In this document: positions 21,748-31,258 of the stretch, one piece after another
Layout of the letters: each line of letters opens with the position of its first letter
Numbering within the stretch: position 1 is the first letter of the stretch
DNA from: Candidatus Saccharicenans sp.
Lineage (GTDB): Bacteria > Acidobacteriota > Aminicenantia > Aminicenantales > Saccharicenantaceae
Assembly (NCBI GenBank): GCA_030018265.1
Contig: JASEFX010000006.1
Location: forward strand, 23,476-87,475
DNA: 64,000 nucleotides
Direction of reading: 5' to 3'
Notes under the pieces: model-generated
Seen by the model: only the letters and a program-made list of their open reading frames with translations
Told to the model about the DNA's origin: nothing
Databases searched by the model: none
Program-made: the position numbers and the translations under genes

Positions 21748-22716
21748 ATGAAAATGAAACCGAGAGTTCTGCTCACTCACCCCCTCCTGCCCGAGGTCAT
21801 GGATTGTCTTGAAAAGGAAGTGGAATTGGAATTAGCCACCAGCGAGGCTCTACTTCCCCGGGAAGAACTGCTGGCCAGAATATCCGACAAGCAGGGATTA
21901 CTCTGTTTCCTTACGGATCAAATCGACCGGGAAGTGATCGACCGGGCGCCTGAACTAAAAATAATCGCCAACTGCGCGGTCGGAGTGAATAACATCGACC
22001 TGAAATACGCCAGGAGCCGGGGAATCCTGGTGACCAACACTCCGGATGTTTTGACTGAAGCGACAGCCGACCTGACCCTGGCCCTCATCTTAGCCACCGC
22101 CAGGCGGCTGGTCGAAGCTGACCGATTCTGCCGCCAGGGAAAGTTCCTCGGTTGGCAAATAGACCTTTTTCTCGGGCAGGAATTGACCGGTCGTGTTCTG
22201 GGAATAATAGGTTTTGGCCGTATCGGCCGGGCTGTGGCCAGAAGAGCCAGGGCCTTTAACCTGAAAATTATTTACCATGACCCGCAGAGAGCCGATATCT
22301 TGTTAGAAAGGGAACTAGGAGCTGAATTCTGTTCACTCGAAGAACTCTTTCAGCGAGCTGACATCATCTCGATCCACGCGCCGCTGACTCCACAAACCCA
22401 TCATTTGATTTCCAGGAAAGAATTTTCGATGATGAAGAACACGGCCATTCTCATCAACACCGCTCGGGGGCCGATCTTAGACGAAAAAGCTCTGGTCGAA
22501 GCTCTGAAAAACGGGAAAATTCAGGCGGCCGGACTGGACGTTTATGAAAATGAACCGTCCATAGAACCCGAGCTTCTGTCAATGGACAACGTTGTTCTTC
22601 TCCCCCACATCGGAAGCGCCACTTTTGAGACTAGAAGAAAGATGTGCCTGGCGGCGGTTAAGAACCTTCTTCAGGGGTTGCGTGGAGAAAGGCCGGAGAA
22701 CCTGGTGGAAGTTTAA
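21748..22716 (+). CDS. D-isomer-specific 2-hydroxyacid dehydrogenase (glyoxylate/hydroxypyruvate reductase-like)
   Basis: 322 aa with the NAD motif LGIIGFGRIGRAVARRA, INTARGPILDEKALVEAL, and the catalytic His in LLPHIGSAT. Confidence 0.85.
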   Translation: MKMKPRVLLTHPLLPEVMDCLEKEVELELATSEALLPREELLARISDKQGLLCFLTDQIDREVIDRAPELKIIANCAVGVNNIDLKYARSRGILVTNTPDVLTEATADLTLALILATARRLVEADRFCRQGKFLGWQIDLFLGQELTGRVLGIIGFGRIGRAVARRARAFNLKIIYHDPQRADILLERELGAEFCSLEELFQRADIISIHAPLTPQTHHLISRKEFSMMKNTAILINTARGPILDEKALVEALKNGKIQAAGLDVYENEPSIEPELLSMDNVVLLPHIGSATFETRRKMCLAAVKNLLQGLRGERPENLVEV

Positions 22717-23561
22717 TCTTCAAGACCTCCGGCGCCCTCAGGATTCAAGCTTCCTGTTCGATAGCCTTCCAGATCAAAGGTTATATATTTCCAGCCGAGC
22801 TTTTTCAACCGTTTTACCACTTTCTGGCGGTTATTTGGAGCCAGAATCGCTGGCATTTCCTCCGGCCAGATTTCCAGCCTTACCACCTCGCCGTGATGAC
22901 GCAACCGCACCTGGCTGAATCCCAGACGTTTGAGGAAATTCTCGCCTTCAGCGATTTTCCCCAGGATTTCCGGCTCAATCGGCTGCCCGAAAGGAATTCG
23001 GGTAGCCAGACAGGCGTTGGACGGCCTGTTCCATCCGGAAAGACCGAGATACCTGGCGAGCAACCTGATTTCGGATTTTCTAAGACCTGCCTCTTTAAGC
23101 GGAGAACGCACATCCAGCTCGACCAGAGCCCTGTGACCCGGGCGGTAGTCCCTGTCATCATCTAAGTTCGAGCCGTCCACCACCATGGAGAGGCCCTTTT
23201 CTGCCGCAACCTCCTTGAGTTTTCCAAAAACAGCCAGTTTGCAGTGATAGCAACGGAGCGGGTCGTTTCTCCTGAATTCTTCTCTAAGATAATCGTCCGA
23301 TTTTACTCTCATCCATCGGACTCTGAGAGCTCCGGTCAGCTGCCGGGCAGCTTTTATTTCTTCTCTGTGGTGAATCGGAGAATCGACCGTCACCGCCAGG
23401 AGATTCTTTCCGAGAGCTTCGCTGGCCGCTTTCAGCAGAAGACTGCTGTCAACCCCTCCCGACAGCGCTACCAGAACGCTCCCGTAAGATTTAAGAATCC
23501 GGAGCAGCCGGCGATATTTTTTCAGCAGGGAATCAGGAATTTTTTCTGTCAGGTTTTTCAT
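22713..23561 (-). CDS. larE: PP-loop ATP-dependent sulfur transferase LarE-like
   Basis: 282 aa with the PP-loop ALSGGVDSSLL, DPLRCYHCK, the conserved ACLATRIP Cys region, and a C-terminal FDLEGYRTGS. Confidence 0.75.
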   Translation of the reverse strand: MKNLTEKIPDSLLKKYRRLLRILKSYGSVLVALSGGVDSSLLLKAASEALGKNLLAVTVDSPIHHREEIKAARQLTGALRVRWMRVKSDDYLREEFRRNDPLRCYHCKLAVFGKLKEVAAEKGLSMVVDGSNLDDDRDYRPGHRALVELDVRSPLKEAGLRKSEIRLLARYLGLSGWNRPSNACLATRIPFGQPIEPEILGKIAEGENFLKRLGFSQVRLRHHGEVVRLEIWPEEMPAILAPNNRQKVVKRLKKLGWKYITFDLEGYRTGSLNPEGAGGLED

Positions 23562-23567
23562 CGTTAT

Positions 23568-24686
23568 TTATTTCCCTTTTACACTTGCCTGAGGCGAACC
23601 AATCTCTTCTGCCATCTTCTTCACTTCGTGAACCAGCGCCTCGACAATCTGACCTTCGCCAACTTTTTTAACCACCCGACCACGCTTGAAAATCACTCCG
23701 ACAGCGCGTCCGCAGGCGACACCAACATCAGCCTCTCTGGCTTCGCCCGGTCCGTTAACCGGACAACCCATCACCGCCACCTTCAGCGGTACATCCAGCG
23801 GGGACAGCCTGGCTTCGACCAGAGTTGCCAGACGTCTTATGTTTACCTCGGTGCGACCGCATCCGGGACAGGAAACAAAATTTATCCCACGGGCTCTCAA
23901 CCCGAGGCTTTTCAGAATCTCGTAAGCCACCACCACCTCTTTTTCAGGAGGGGCGGTCAGCGATACTCTGATGGTGTCAGCCAGCCCCTCGCTGATCAAA
24001 AGGGCAAGACCGGCCGCCGACTTTATGCTTCCCCTCAGCAGCGTGCCGGCCTCGGTGATCCCGGCATGAAAGGGATAGTCAACCTGAGTGGCTAAAAGTC
24101 GATAAGCTTCGAGTGTTCTCGGAATGTCTGAGGCTTTGATGGAAACTTTGATGTTGAAGAAACCCAGATCCTCCAGCTGGCGTATGTTACGGAGAGCGCT
24201 TTCCACCAGAGCTTCCGCGCTGACCTCTCCATATTTCACGAGCAGATCCTTTTCCAGCGAACCGGAATTAATCCCGACCCTGATGGCTGCCTTCCGTTCA
24301 GCAGCCAGACGCACCACTTCTTCAAGCTTCGCTTTTGAACCGAAAGTGCCAGGATTTATTCTGATACCATCAGCCCCGGCTTCGAGTGACAGCATGGCCA
24401 GGCGTGGCTGGAAGTGAACATCAGCCACGAGAGGAATCGAAATTCTTTTCTTAATTTCCCTTATCGCCCGGGCATCTTCTTCCTCCGGAACCGCCACTCT
24501 GACCAGCTGGCAGCCGGCCTTTTCAAGCCTTTTTATCTGGGTGACGGTGGCCCGGACATCAGCCGTCCTGGTTTTGGTCATTGACTGCACGACAATCGGG
24601 TGCCCCCCTCCAATAACCACAGAACCAACCTGAACTTCTCTTGTCTGGCGTCGCGGGAAAACCAGCGAATTCATTTTTTCTTTCAT
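23568..24686 (-). CDS. ispG: 4-hydroxy-3-methylbut-2-en-1-yl diphosphate synthase
   Basis: 372 aa with a TIM-barrel N-domain and a C-terminal 4Fe-4S region FVSCPGCGRTEVN ... MGCPVNGPGE. Confidence 0.95.
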   Translation of the reverse strand: MKEKMNSLVFPRRQTREVQVGSVVIGGGHPIVVQSMTKTRTADVRATVTQIKRLEKAGCQLVRVAVPEEEDARAIREIKKRISIPLVADVHFQPRLAMLSLEAGADGIRINPGTFGSKAKLEEVVRLAAERKAAIRVGINSGSLEKDLLVKYGEVSAEALVESALRNIRQLEDLGFFNIKVSIKASDIPRTLEAYRLLATQVDYPFHAGITEAGTLLRGSIKSAAGLALLISEGLADTIRVSLTAPPEKEVVVAYEILKSLGLRARGINFVSCPGCGRTEVNIRRLATLVEARLSPLDVPLKVAVMGCPVNGPGEAREADVGVACGRAVGVIFKRGRVVKKVGEGQIVEALVHEVKKMAEEIGSPQASVKGK

Positions 24687-24687
24687 T

Positions 24688-26019
24688 TTACAGAAAGGGA
24701 ATCAAACTTTTCCAGCCGCCGGGCAGGCGTTTGACGATGTCGTTCAGAATGACGAAGACTATTATGAAGATGAAAATCACGAACCCGATCTGCATCCAGA
24801 TTTCCCTCATCTTCGGGCTGAGGTCCCTTCTTATCAAGGTTTCAATCAGCAAAACAAAAATCTGCCCGCCGTCAAAAACAGGAATCGGCAACAGGTTGAG
24901 AATGCCGAGCTGCAGGCTGATGATGGCAATCCAGCTAATCATCGCCAGAAGCCCCATTTTCATCGCAGCATGGGACAGGCTGGCGATTTCTATCGGCCCT
25001 CCCAGCTGACGGGTCGAAGCCTGACCGGTAAACAGATCCTTAAGGAAATTTATAACCAGAAAAGCATTCCGGGCATTTTCTCTGACACTCTGAGCTAGAG
25101 CCGGGAAAAAAGGATATTTTCTGGTTATCGATTTCGGTCCCTGCAGTATTCCAATCTTGCCCACATTTCCTTCTCTTCTCGGGATGACTGTAAGGGCGAG
25201 TGTTTCTCCTCCCCTTTCCACCGTTAACACCACTGGCTTCTCCGGATTCTCTTCAATTTTTTTCACAAAATTGTAGAAAAACACCGGCTCCCCGTTGACT
25301 GCTAGAATAACATCTCCAGGTTGCAGGCCGGCCTTCTCCGCTGGAGATCCAGGATTTACCATCATGACCTGAGTCAGGATAAAAGCCCGGAAGCCAGCGT
25401 AACCCATCTCGTACCTGGTAACCTTTTCAGTTCTCAGAGATACCGGAATTTTCTCCTCGCCCCTCTTCACCGTAATGGTAATTTCTCTTTCCGGCCTGGA
25501 ACCGACGGCTATTTCCACCTCATTCCAGGTTTTCACCGCCCGGCCGTTAATCTCGAGAATAAGGTCGTCCAGCTGCAACCCGGCTTTCTCTGCGGGCGAA
25601 CCGGGATCGATGTATCCAATAACTGGAGGCTGCTCCTGGTATTCGGGCACAGTTACTCCTGCCATGTTCAGTATGGCCACCAGAACTATGGCCAGAAGGA
25701 TGTTCATCACCGAACCCATCACCAGGATCAGAAACCTCTGAAACCGGCTTTTCGCCATGAAATCGTCAGGTTGTAGCTCCCGGTCTTTTTCAAACATTCC
25801 TTCTCCCAGGAGTTTAACGTACCCGCCCATCGGAATCAGGCTAACTCGATAGTCCGTATTTCCCCGGCGAATGCCGAAAAGCCTTTTGCCATATCCGAAG
25901 GAGAATACTTCCACCCTGACTCCGACCAGTTTCGCCATGAAGAAATGTCCGAATTCGTGGACAAAAACCAGAATTCCAAAAACGATCAAAAAAGCCACTA
26001 TGGTTCCTAAGATGGTCAT
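24688..26019 (-). CDS. rseP: RIP zinc metalloprotease RseP
   Basis: 443 aa with HEFGHFFMAK in TM1, two PDZ-like segments (GSPAEKAGLQ twice), and a C-terminal NLLPIPVFDGG. Confidence 0.9.
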   Translation of the reverse strand: MTILGTIVAFLIVFGILVFVHEFGHFFMAKLVGVRVEVFSFGYGKRLFGIRRGNTDYRVSLIPMGGYVKLLGEGMFEKDRELQPDDFMAKSRFQRFLILVMGSVMNILLAIVLVAILNMAGVTVPEYQEQPPVIGYIDPGSPAEKAGLQLDDLILEINGRAVKTWNEVEIAVGSRPEREITITVKRGEEKIPVSLRTEKVTRYEMGYAGFRAFILTQVMMVNPGSPAEKAGLQPGDVILAVNGEPVFFYNFVKKIEENPEKPVVLTVERGGETLALTVIPRREGNVGKIGILQGPKSITRKYPFFPALAQSVRENARNAFLVINFLKDLFTGQASTRQLGGPIEIASLSHAAMKMGLLAMISWIAIISLQLGILNLLPIPVFDGGQIFVLLIETLIRRDLSPKMREIWMQIGFVIFIFIIVFVILNDIVKRLPGGWKSLIPFL

Positions 26020-27191
26020 CGCTCTTTTCCTCTCTTTCTCAGAAACTGCCTGGCCAGCTCCCGGGTAATCCGGTCAGTTTCCAGGATTTCTTCCAGAGTT
26101 TTTAGATAACGAGGACGGTGAGCCTCAAGACAATATTCTACCACCTGAAAAATCTCGCCAAAATTTATTTCTTCTTCAAGAAAAGCCTCCACGGCCACCT
26201 CGTTGGCAGCATTCAGAACTACCGGAAAACTCCGGCCGGCTTCGAGCACCCTCCGGGCTAAATTGAAAAGAGGGTAGCGTTTTTCCTCAACCGGATAGAA
26301 TTCCAGCGACCCGATTTCAGCCAAACTTAGATACGGGAGAGGGCTTTCCCAGCGCTCGGGGAAACTCAAAGCGTACTGAATCGGAATCTTCATGTCGGTC
26401 TGGCTCAATTGAGCCAGAATCGAGCCATCGACGAATTCCACCAGCGCATGCACGATGCTCTGGGGGTGTATCAGCACCTCAAGCTGCTCCGGCCTCAGGT
26501 TGAACAGCCAGCGGGCTTCGATCAACTCCAGACCTTTGTTCATCATCGTGGCTGAATCGATGGTCACCTTCCGACCCATTTTCCAGCGCGGATGTTTCAA
26601 TGCTTCGGCCAGAGTTTTCTTCGGCAGCTCCTCCAGCGGAACCCGGAAAAACGGTCCGCCCGATGCTGTCAGGTATATCTTTTTTACCTGTTTTTTGTTA
26701 TTTCCTCTCAGGCACTGGAAAACGCCTGAGTGTTCGCTGTCCACCGGAATGATCCGGCTCCCGGTCTGTGAAGCCATCTTTCTGATCAGGGCGCCGGCCA
26801 CCACCATGGTTTCCTTGTTGGCCAGAGCCAGGTCTTTGCCGCTGTTCAACGCCGCCAGGGTTGGTTTTAACCCGGCGATCCCGGTCATCGCTGAAACCAC
26901 CAGGTCAGCTTTTTTCCAGGAAGCTACCGTCTGGTAACCGCTTTCTCCGTAGACAATCTTTACCTGTTTACCAACCTTTTTTCTGAGCTCCAAGGCCAGA
27001 CTTTCCGACTCCACGGCTACAACTTCCGGCTGAAATTCTTCCACCTGGGAAGTCAGAAGCCAGATGTTGCGACCGGCGGCCAGACCAACCACCCGGAAAC
27101 GAGCTGATTGCCGGCGGACCACTTCGAGCGTATTCTGACCGATGGAACCGGTGCTACCCAGAATCACCAGGTTTTTTCTCTTCTGTTTCAT
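26016..27191 (-). CDS. dxr: 1-deoxy-D-xylulose-5-phosphate reductoisomerase
   Basis: 391 aa with ILGSTGSIGQNTLEV, LANKETMV and PVDSEHS motifs. 4-nt overlap with rseP. Confidence 0.95.
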   Translation of the reverse strand: MKQKRKNLVILGSTGSIGQNTLEVVRRQSARFRVVGLAAGRNIWLLTSQVEEFQPEVVAVESESLALELRKKVGKQVKIVYGESGYQTVASWKKADLVVSAMTGIAGLKPTLAALNSGKDLALANKETMVVAGALIRKMASQTGSRIIPVDSEHSGVFQCLRGNNKKQVKKIYLTASGGPFFRVPLEELPKKTLAEALKHPRWKMGRKVTIDSATMMNKGLELIEARWLFNLRPEQLEVLIHPQSIVHALVEFVDGSILAQLSQTDMKIPIQYALSFPERWESPLPYLSLAEIGSLEFYPVEEKRYPLFNLARRVLEAGRSFPVVLNAANEVAVEAFLEEEINFGEIFQVVEYCLEAHRPRYLKTLEEILETDRITRELARQFLRKRGKER

Positions 27192-27204
27192 GAGAATCAG
27201 GGGT

Positions 27205-28014
27205 TTATTTCATAATAAGAAGTTTCATCAGATAATAAAAAACCGGAGCCGTCAGAGTATAACTGTCTATCCTATCGAGTATCCCCCCGTGACCGGGTAT
27301 CAGACTGGAGGAATCCTTCACCCCGGCCGCTCTCTTGAAGAGAGATTCCAGGGGGTCAGCCACCTGAGCCATAGCCTGGACAAGAACACCCATAACGATA
27401 ACCTCGAGCAGGGGAAATTGAGAGAGAAGGACTTTGCGAGCAAGCCAGGCCCCGGCCGCTGCCCACAGCAGGCCTCCAGCCGCGCCCTCCCAGGTCTTGT
27501 TCGGACTGGCGATCGGAGTCATCTTGTGGCGGCCGATAGCTTTCCCTATGAGAAAAGCTCCGGTATCACCGAGCGATATGACTGCGAACAGAAAATAAAG
27601 CCAGTAGATGCCGAAATCGCGCCGGACGAGATAAAGAAAATTCATGGTCAGGCTAACATAAACCAGGCCGGCTATGGTCAGGCTGAAAGAACCTGGAAAG
27701 AGAGCCAGCTTTTCCAGACTGTTGGTGTCGATAACGTAGTAGACAAAGGCGATCAGAGTGATAATGGTAAACCCGAGAAGGAAAGGAAACTGGTCAAAAT
27801 AAAAAGTGGCCCCGATGATCAGGGCGAAGATACAGCCGAGAAATTTCTGGGGATAAAAATTCCTTCTGTTGGCCAGGCTGTAAAATTCCAGAAGTCCGCC
27901 GATAATCGTCAGCTGCAGAGCCAGAAAGAAAACCCAGGGAGGAGCAAATTGAATGATAGCAAACAGGATGCCGATGATTATTATCGCCGTTCTGGTTCTC
28001 TGCCAGAGTCCCAT
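27205..28014 (-). CDS. cdsA: phosphatidate cytidylyltransferase
   Basis: Signature SLFKRAAGVKDSSSLIPGHGGILDRIDS. The track ORF extends to 28083, but the Met at 28014 (MGLWQRT) abuts the uppS stop at 28016. Confidence 0.85.
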   Translation of the reverse strand: MGLWQRTRTAIIIIGILFAIIQFAPPWVFFLALQLTIIGGLLEFYSLANRRNFYPQKFLGCIFALIIGATFYFDQFPFLLGFTIITLIAFVYYVIDTNSLEKLALFPGSFSLTIAGLVYVSLTMNFLYLVRRDFGIYWLYFLFAVISLGDTGAFLIGKAIGRHKMTPIASPNKTWEGAAGGLLWAAAGAWLARKVLLSQFPLLEVIVMGVLVQAMAQVADPLESLFKRAAGVKDSSSLIPGHGGILDRIDSYTLTAPVFYYLMKLLIMK

Positions 28015-28015
28015 C

Positions 28016-28834
28016 TTAACTCCTTCCAGATTTTTCAACCGGTTGAATTCCGCCGAATCTTCTTTCGCGTTTCTGATAATCAATTATAGCCATGAACAGA
28101 TCCTTCTTCCGAAAATCGGGCCAGAGGACCGGGGTTATCCATAATTCAGTGTAAGCACTCTGCCACAGCAAAAAATTGCTCAGCCGCATCTCCCCGCTCG
28201 TCCTGATGAGCAGGTCCGGATCGGGAAGACCGGCTGTATCAAGATAACGGGAAAAAATTTCTTCATCAATTTCTTTGATTTTCCCTCTGCCAAGCAGCTT
28301 TTTTATCGCCCTGATTATTTCCTGCCGGCCTCCGTAATTCAGCGCCAGCACGACGGTCATCCGGCGGTTTCCCCGGGTGAGTCTTTCCACCCGGGCGAGC
28401 TCTCTCCTGACCGGATATGGAATTCCCTTTCTATCGCCAATAACTTTCAATTTCAGGTCGTTCTCCATCAACACCCGGCTTTCTTCCGAGAGATAACGAT
28501 GAAGGAGCCCCCAGAGGGTATTGACCTCATCGGGCGGTCTTTTCCAGTTCTCATGAGAAAAGGCGTAAAGTGTGAGATACTTAATGCCCAGGCGGGCTGA
28601 AGCTTCAACCACTTCCTTCACCGCTTCGCTTCCCGCTTTATGGCCCTCTGTCCTGGGAAGGTTTCTCTGGCGGGCCCAGCGCCCGTTGCCGTCCATGATG
28701 ATGGCCACGTGGACTGGAAGCCGGGTAAAATCTATCTGCTGGACCAGCTCTGCTTCCACGGTCCCGGGCTGAATGTAACCTTCGAGGGTGTCAAACATGG
28801 AAAACATTATAAGGACACCATCACCAATTGTCAA
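28016..28834 (-). CDS. uppS: isoprenyl transferase (undecaprenyl diphosphate synthase)
   Basis: HVAIIMDGNGRWARQR and RTSGEMRLSNFLLWQ motifs. The start may be an internal Met. Confidence 0.9.
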   Translation of the reverse strand: MTIGDGVLIMFSMFDTLEGYIQPGTVEAELVQQIDFTRLPVHVAIIMDGNGRWARQRNLPRTEGHKAGSEAVKEVVEASARLGIKYLTLYAFSHENWKRPPDEVNTLWGLLHRYLSEESRVLMENDLKLKVIGDRKGIPYPVRRELARVERLTRGNRRMTVVLALNYGGRQEIIRAIKKLLGRGKIKEIDEEIFSRYLDTAGLPDPDLLIRTSGEMRLSNFLLWQSAYTELWITPVLWPDFRKKDLFMAIIDYQKRERRFGGIQPVEKSGRS

Positions 28835-28895
28835 AAATCCCCCGACCGGTGGACAGAGGCTCTCTCCTCTGGTATTTTAGAGAAGGAGGAAAGCA

Positions 28896-29126
28896 GTGTG
28901 TCTGGCTGTTCCAGGTAAAATAATCAGCATTGAACCTAATGGCACGGGAAAGGTTGATTATATGGGGACAACCGTGGTGGCAAACCTGTCGTTACTGCCT
29001 GAAGCTAAGGTTGGCGATTGGGTGATAGTCCATGCGGGATTTGCCATCTCCAGGCTTGACCGCCAGGAAGCTCGCCGGACGTTGAGGCTTTTCAAACAGC
29101 TGGAAAAGCTCAACTCTTCTGACTGA
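28896..29126 (+). CDS. hypC: hydrogenase maturation chaperone HypC/HupF
   Basis: 76 aa starting (GTG) MCLAVPGKIISI with the essential Cys2. GAAGGAGGA RBS upstream. Confidence 0.9.
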   Translation: MCLAVPGKIISIEPNGTGKVDYMGTTVVANLSLLPEAKVGDWVIVHAGFAISRLDRQEARRTLRLFKQLEKLNSSD

Positions 29127-29129
29127 GTC

Positions 29130-30269
29130 ATGACGCGAAGAGAAACATCAGCCGAATTGTTCGAACGATTCCGGTCCAACCTCACCATCAGAACTCTTCT
29201 CAAGGCCATACAGAGGGAAATCAAGCCGCTCAACCGGTCTCTGAGGATTATGGAAGTATGCGGCACTCATACGATGACCCTCCATCGCTCCGGGCTGAAG
29301 CCGCTTCTTCGGGAGACAGGCGTGGAAATGGTATCGGGACCGGGCTGTCCGGTGTGTATCACCCCTGACTTTTATCACGAAGCAATAATAGACCTGGTAA
29401 CCTCGAGAAGAAACATCGTGGTGGCCACATTTGGAGATATGACACGGGTTCCCACCCGAAAAGGCTCTCTTCAGACCACTGTTCCGGCCGCCGGTTCTGA
29501 AATCAAAATAGTATATTCTCCTGAAGAAGCCCAAGAGCTGGCCAGAAACCGCCCGGACTCCGAGGTGATTTTTTTCGGAGCCGGTTTTGAAACCACCATC
29601 CCGGCTATTGCCTTCACCGTCAGGCAGGCCGCTTCAGAAGGTTTGAAGAACTTTTCGCTGCTGGGGGCGCTGTGGTTGATTCCGCCAGCCATCGAGGCGA
29701 TTCTTCAGTCGGGAGAGGTGACCATTGACGGATTCATCTATCCAGGCCATGTAAGCGCTATCATAGGACAGCAAGCTTATGAATTCGTTGCTGAAAAATA
29801 CGGTCTTCCCGGAGCCATCGCCGGGTTTGAACCGGCTGACATTCTTCTTGGACTTCTATCTGTGGTCAGACAGATCAGGCAGGGACAGCCAACCGTTGCC
29901 AATGAATACCGGAGGGTGGTGACTTTCAACGGGAACCAGAAGGCCCGCCAGCTGATGGCCGAAATGTTTGAGCCCTTCGAAGCCACCTGGCGCGGGCTCG
30001 GTCCGATTAAAAACAGCGGATTGAGGCTTAAGAAAGAATGGCAGTCGTTCGAGGCCAGGGAAAAATTCCGACTGCGATTTGAAGCCGGCAGGCCACATCC
30101 CGCCGGCTGCCGCTGCGGCGAGGTTCTTAAGGGTCTTATCGATCCGGTCGAGTGCCCTCTTTTTGCTCGTTCCTGCCATCCTGACCATCCGCTCGGTCCC
30201 TGCATGGTCTCTTACGAAGGCGCCTGTCTGATCGAGTATAAATATTCAAGCGGAGCAAAAAGGAAATGA
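29130..30269 (+). CDS. hypD: hydrogenase maturation protein HypD
   Basis: 379 aa with GPGCPVCITP, FFGAGFETT and a C-terminal Cys-rich region. Confidence 0.95.
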   Translation: MTRRETSAELFERFRSNLTIRTLLKAIQREIKPLNRSLRIMEVCGTHTMTLHRSGLKPLLRETGVEMVSGPGCPVCITPDFYHEAIIDLVTSRRNIVVATFGDMTRVPTRKGSLQTTVPAAGSEIKIVYSPEEAQELARNRPDSEVIFFGAGFETTIPAIAFTVRQAASEGLKNFSLLGALWLIPPAIEAILQSGEVTIDGFIYPGHVSAIIGQQAYEFVAEKYGLPGAIAGFEPADILLGLLSVVRQIRQGQPTVANEYRRVVTFNGNQKARQLMAEMFEPFEATWRGLGPIKNSGLRLKKEWQSFEAREKFRLRFEAGRPHPAGCRCGEVLKGLIDPVECPLFARSCHPDHPLGPCMVSYEGACLIEYKYSSGAKRK

Positions 30270-31252
30270 AACAGATAAGCCTGGAAATCGGAAGCGGCGG
30301 TCGCCTCATGCAGGAATTCATCCGGGATAAAATCGTTCGGGTGTTTAACAACCGCTATCTGAAGCCTCTGCATGACGCCGCCTTTCTTCCCGAAGGACTG
30401 GCTCTCACCACGGATTCTTACACGGTCGACCCGATCTTCTTTCCCGGCGGTGATATCGGTTCTCTCTGCGTCAACGGAACGGTCAACGACCTGGTGGTCT
30501 CCGGCGCCAGGCCGGAGTTTCTCTCGCTGGCGCTCATAATCGAAGAAGGGATAGATATGCCGGACCTGGAAAAAATTCTGCTCTCGATCAAAAAAGCGGC
30601 CACCAGAAGCGGGGTGAAAATCGTTACCGGGGACACCAAAGTTGTGCCCCGCGGCCAGGCTGACAGAATTTACATCAACACGGCCGGAGTCGGCCGACTC
30701 ATCTCTCGTCCGCAACCTGAAAGGATAAATCCGGGAGATAAAATCATAGTCACCGGTCCGGTCGGAGAACACGGACTGGCCATCATGCTCGCCAGAAACA
30801 ATTTTCGGATGAGCTCAAAGGTCAGAAGCGATTGCGCGCCGCTCACCTTCCTCCTGCCGCTCTGGAAAAAGGGAGCTCTCTGGATGCGGGATATAACCCG
30901 CGGCGGACTGGCCACCGTGCTTTCCGAGCTGGCCGACAGGCTTAAACATCCACTGCTGGTGGAAGAGGAAAAAATTCCACTCTCGCGGGCGATCCGCGGC
31001 GCGGTGGAAATCCTCGGCATCGATCCGCTGTATTTAGCCTGTGAGGGACGAGCCCTGATCGTGGCCGGAGAAAAAGAAGCTGCGCAAATTCTGAAGTATC
31101 TAAAGAAAAATCCGGCCTCCCGCCAGGCAGCGATAATCGGAGAGGTCCAGGACAGGATCGGCCGTCCCGGAGAGGCGCTGCTCAGAACCAGAAGCGGGGG
31201 GCTGAGACTTCTCGAACCGCTTACCTCAGAACTTCTTCCGAGAATCTGCTGA
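30266..31252 (+). CDS. hypE: hydrogenase maturation carbamoyl dehydratase HypE
   Basis: 328 aa with the PurM-like fold, ending in the diagnostic LPRIC motif. 4-nt overlap with hypD. Confidence 0.95.
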   Translation: MKQISLEIGSGGRLMQEFIRDKIVRVFNNRYLKPLHDAAFLPEGLALTTDSYTVDPIFFPGGDIGSLCVNGTVNDLVVSGARPEFLSLALIIEEGIDMPDLEKILLSIKKAATRSGVKIVTGDTKVVPRGQADRIYINTAGVGRLISRPQPERINPGDKIIVTGPVGEHGLAIMLARNNFRMSSKVRSDCAPLTFLLPLWKKGALWMRDITRGGLATVLSELADRLKHPLLVEEEKIPLSRAIRGAVEILGIDPLYLACEGRALIVAGEKEAAQILKYLKKNPASRQAAIIGEVQDRIGRPGEALLRTRSGGLRLLEPLTSELLPRIC

Positions 31253-31258
31253 AGCCTC

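Noticed and set aside
27142-28089. Many very long ORFs antisense to confident genes. Examples: 27142-28089 (315 aa, opposite cdsA), 32992-34125 (377 aa, opposite the NPP-like gene), 34362-35432 (356 aa, opposite sat), 47178-48311 (377 aa, opposite M14), 8032-8958 and 4003-4728. They could suggest overlapping antisense genes.
   Set aside because: For the four cases I checked (cdsA, the NPP-like gene, sat, M14), the antisense ORF is in exact codon register with the sense gene (same coordinate modulo 3). Antisense stops therefore arise only from sense TTA, CTA and TCA codons, which this genome evidently avoids. The products are low-complexity with no motifs or RBS. This is the classic shadow-ORF artefact of codon bias.
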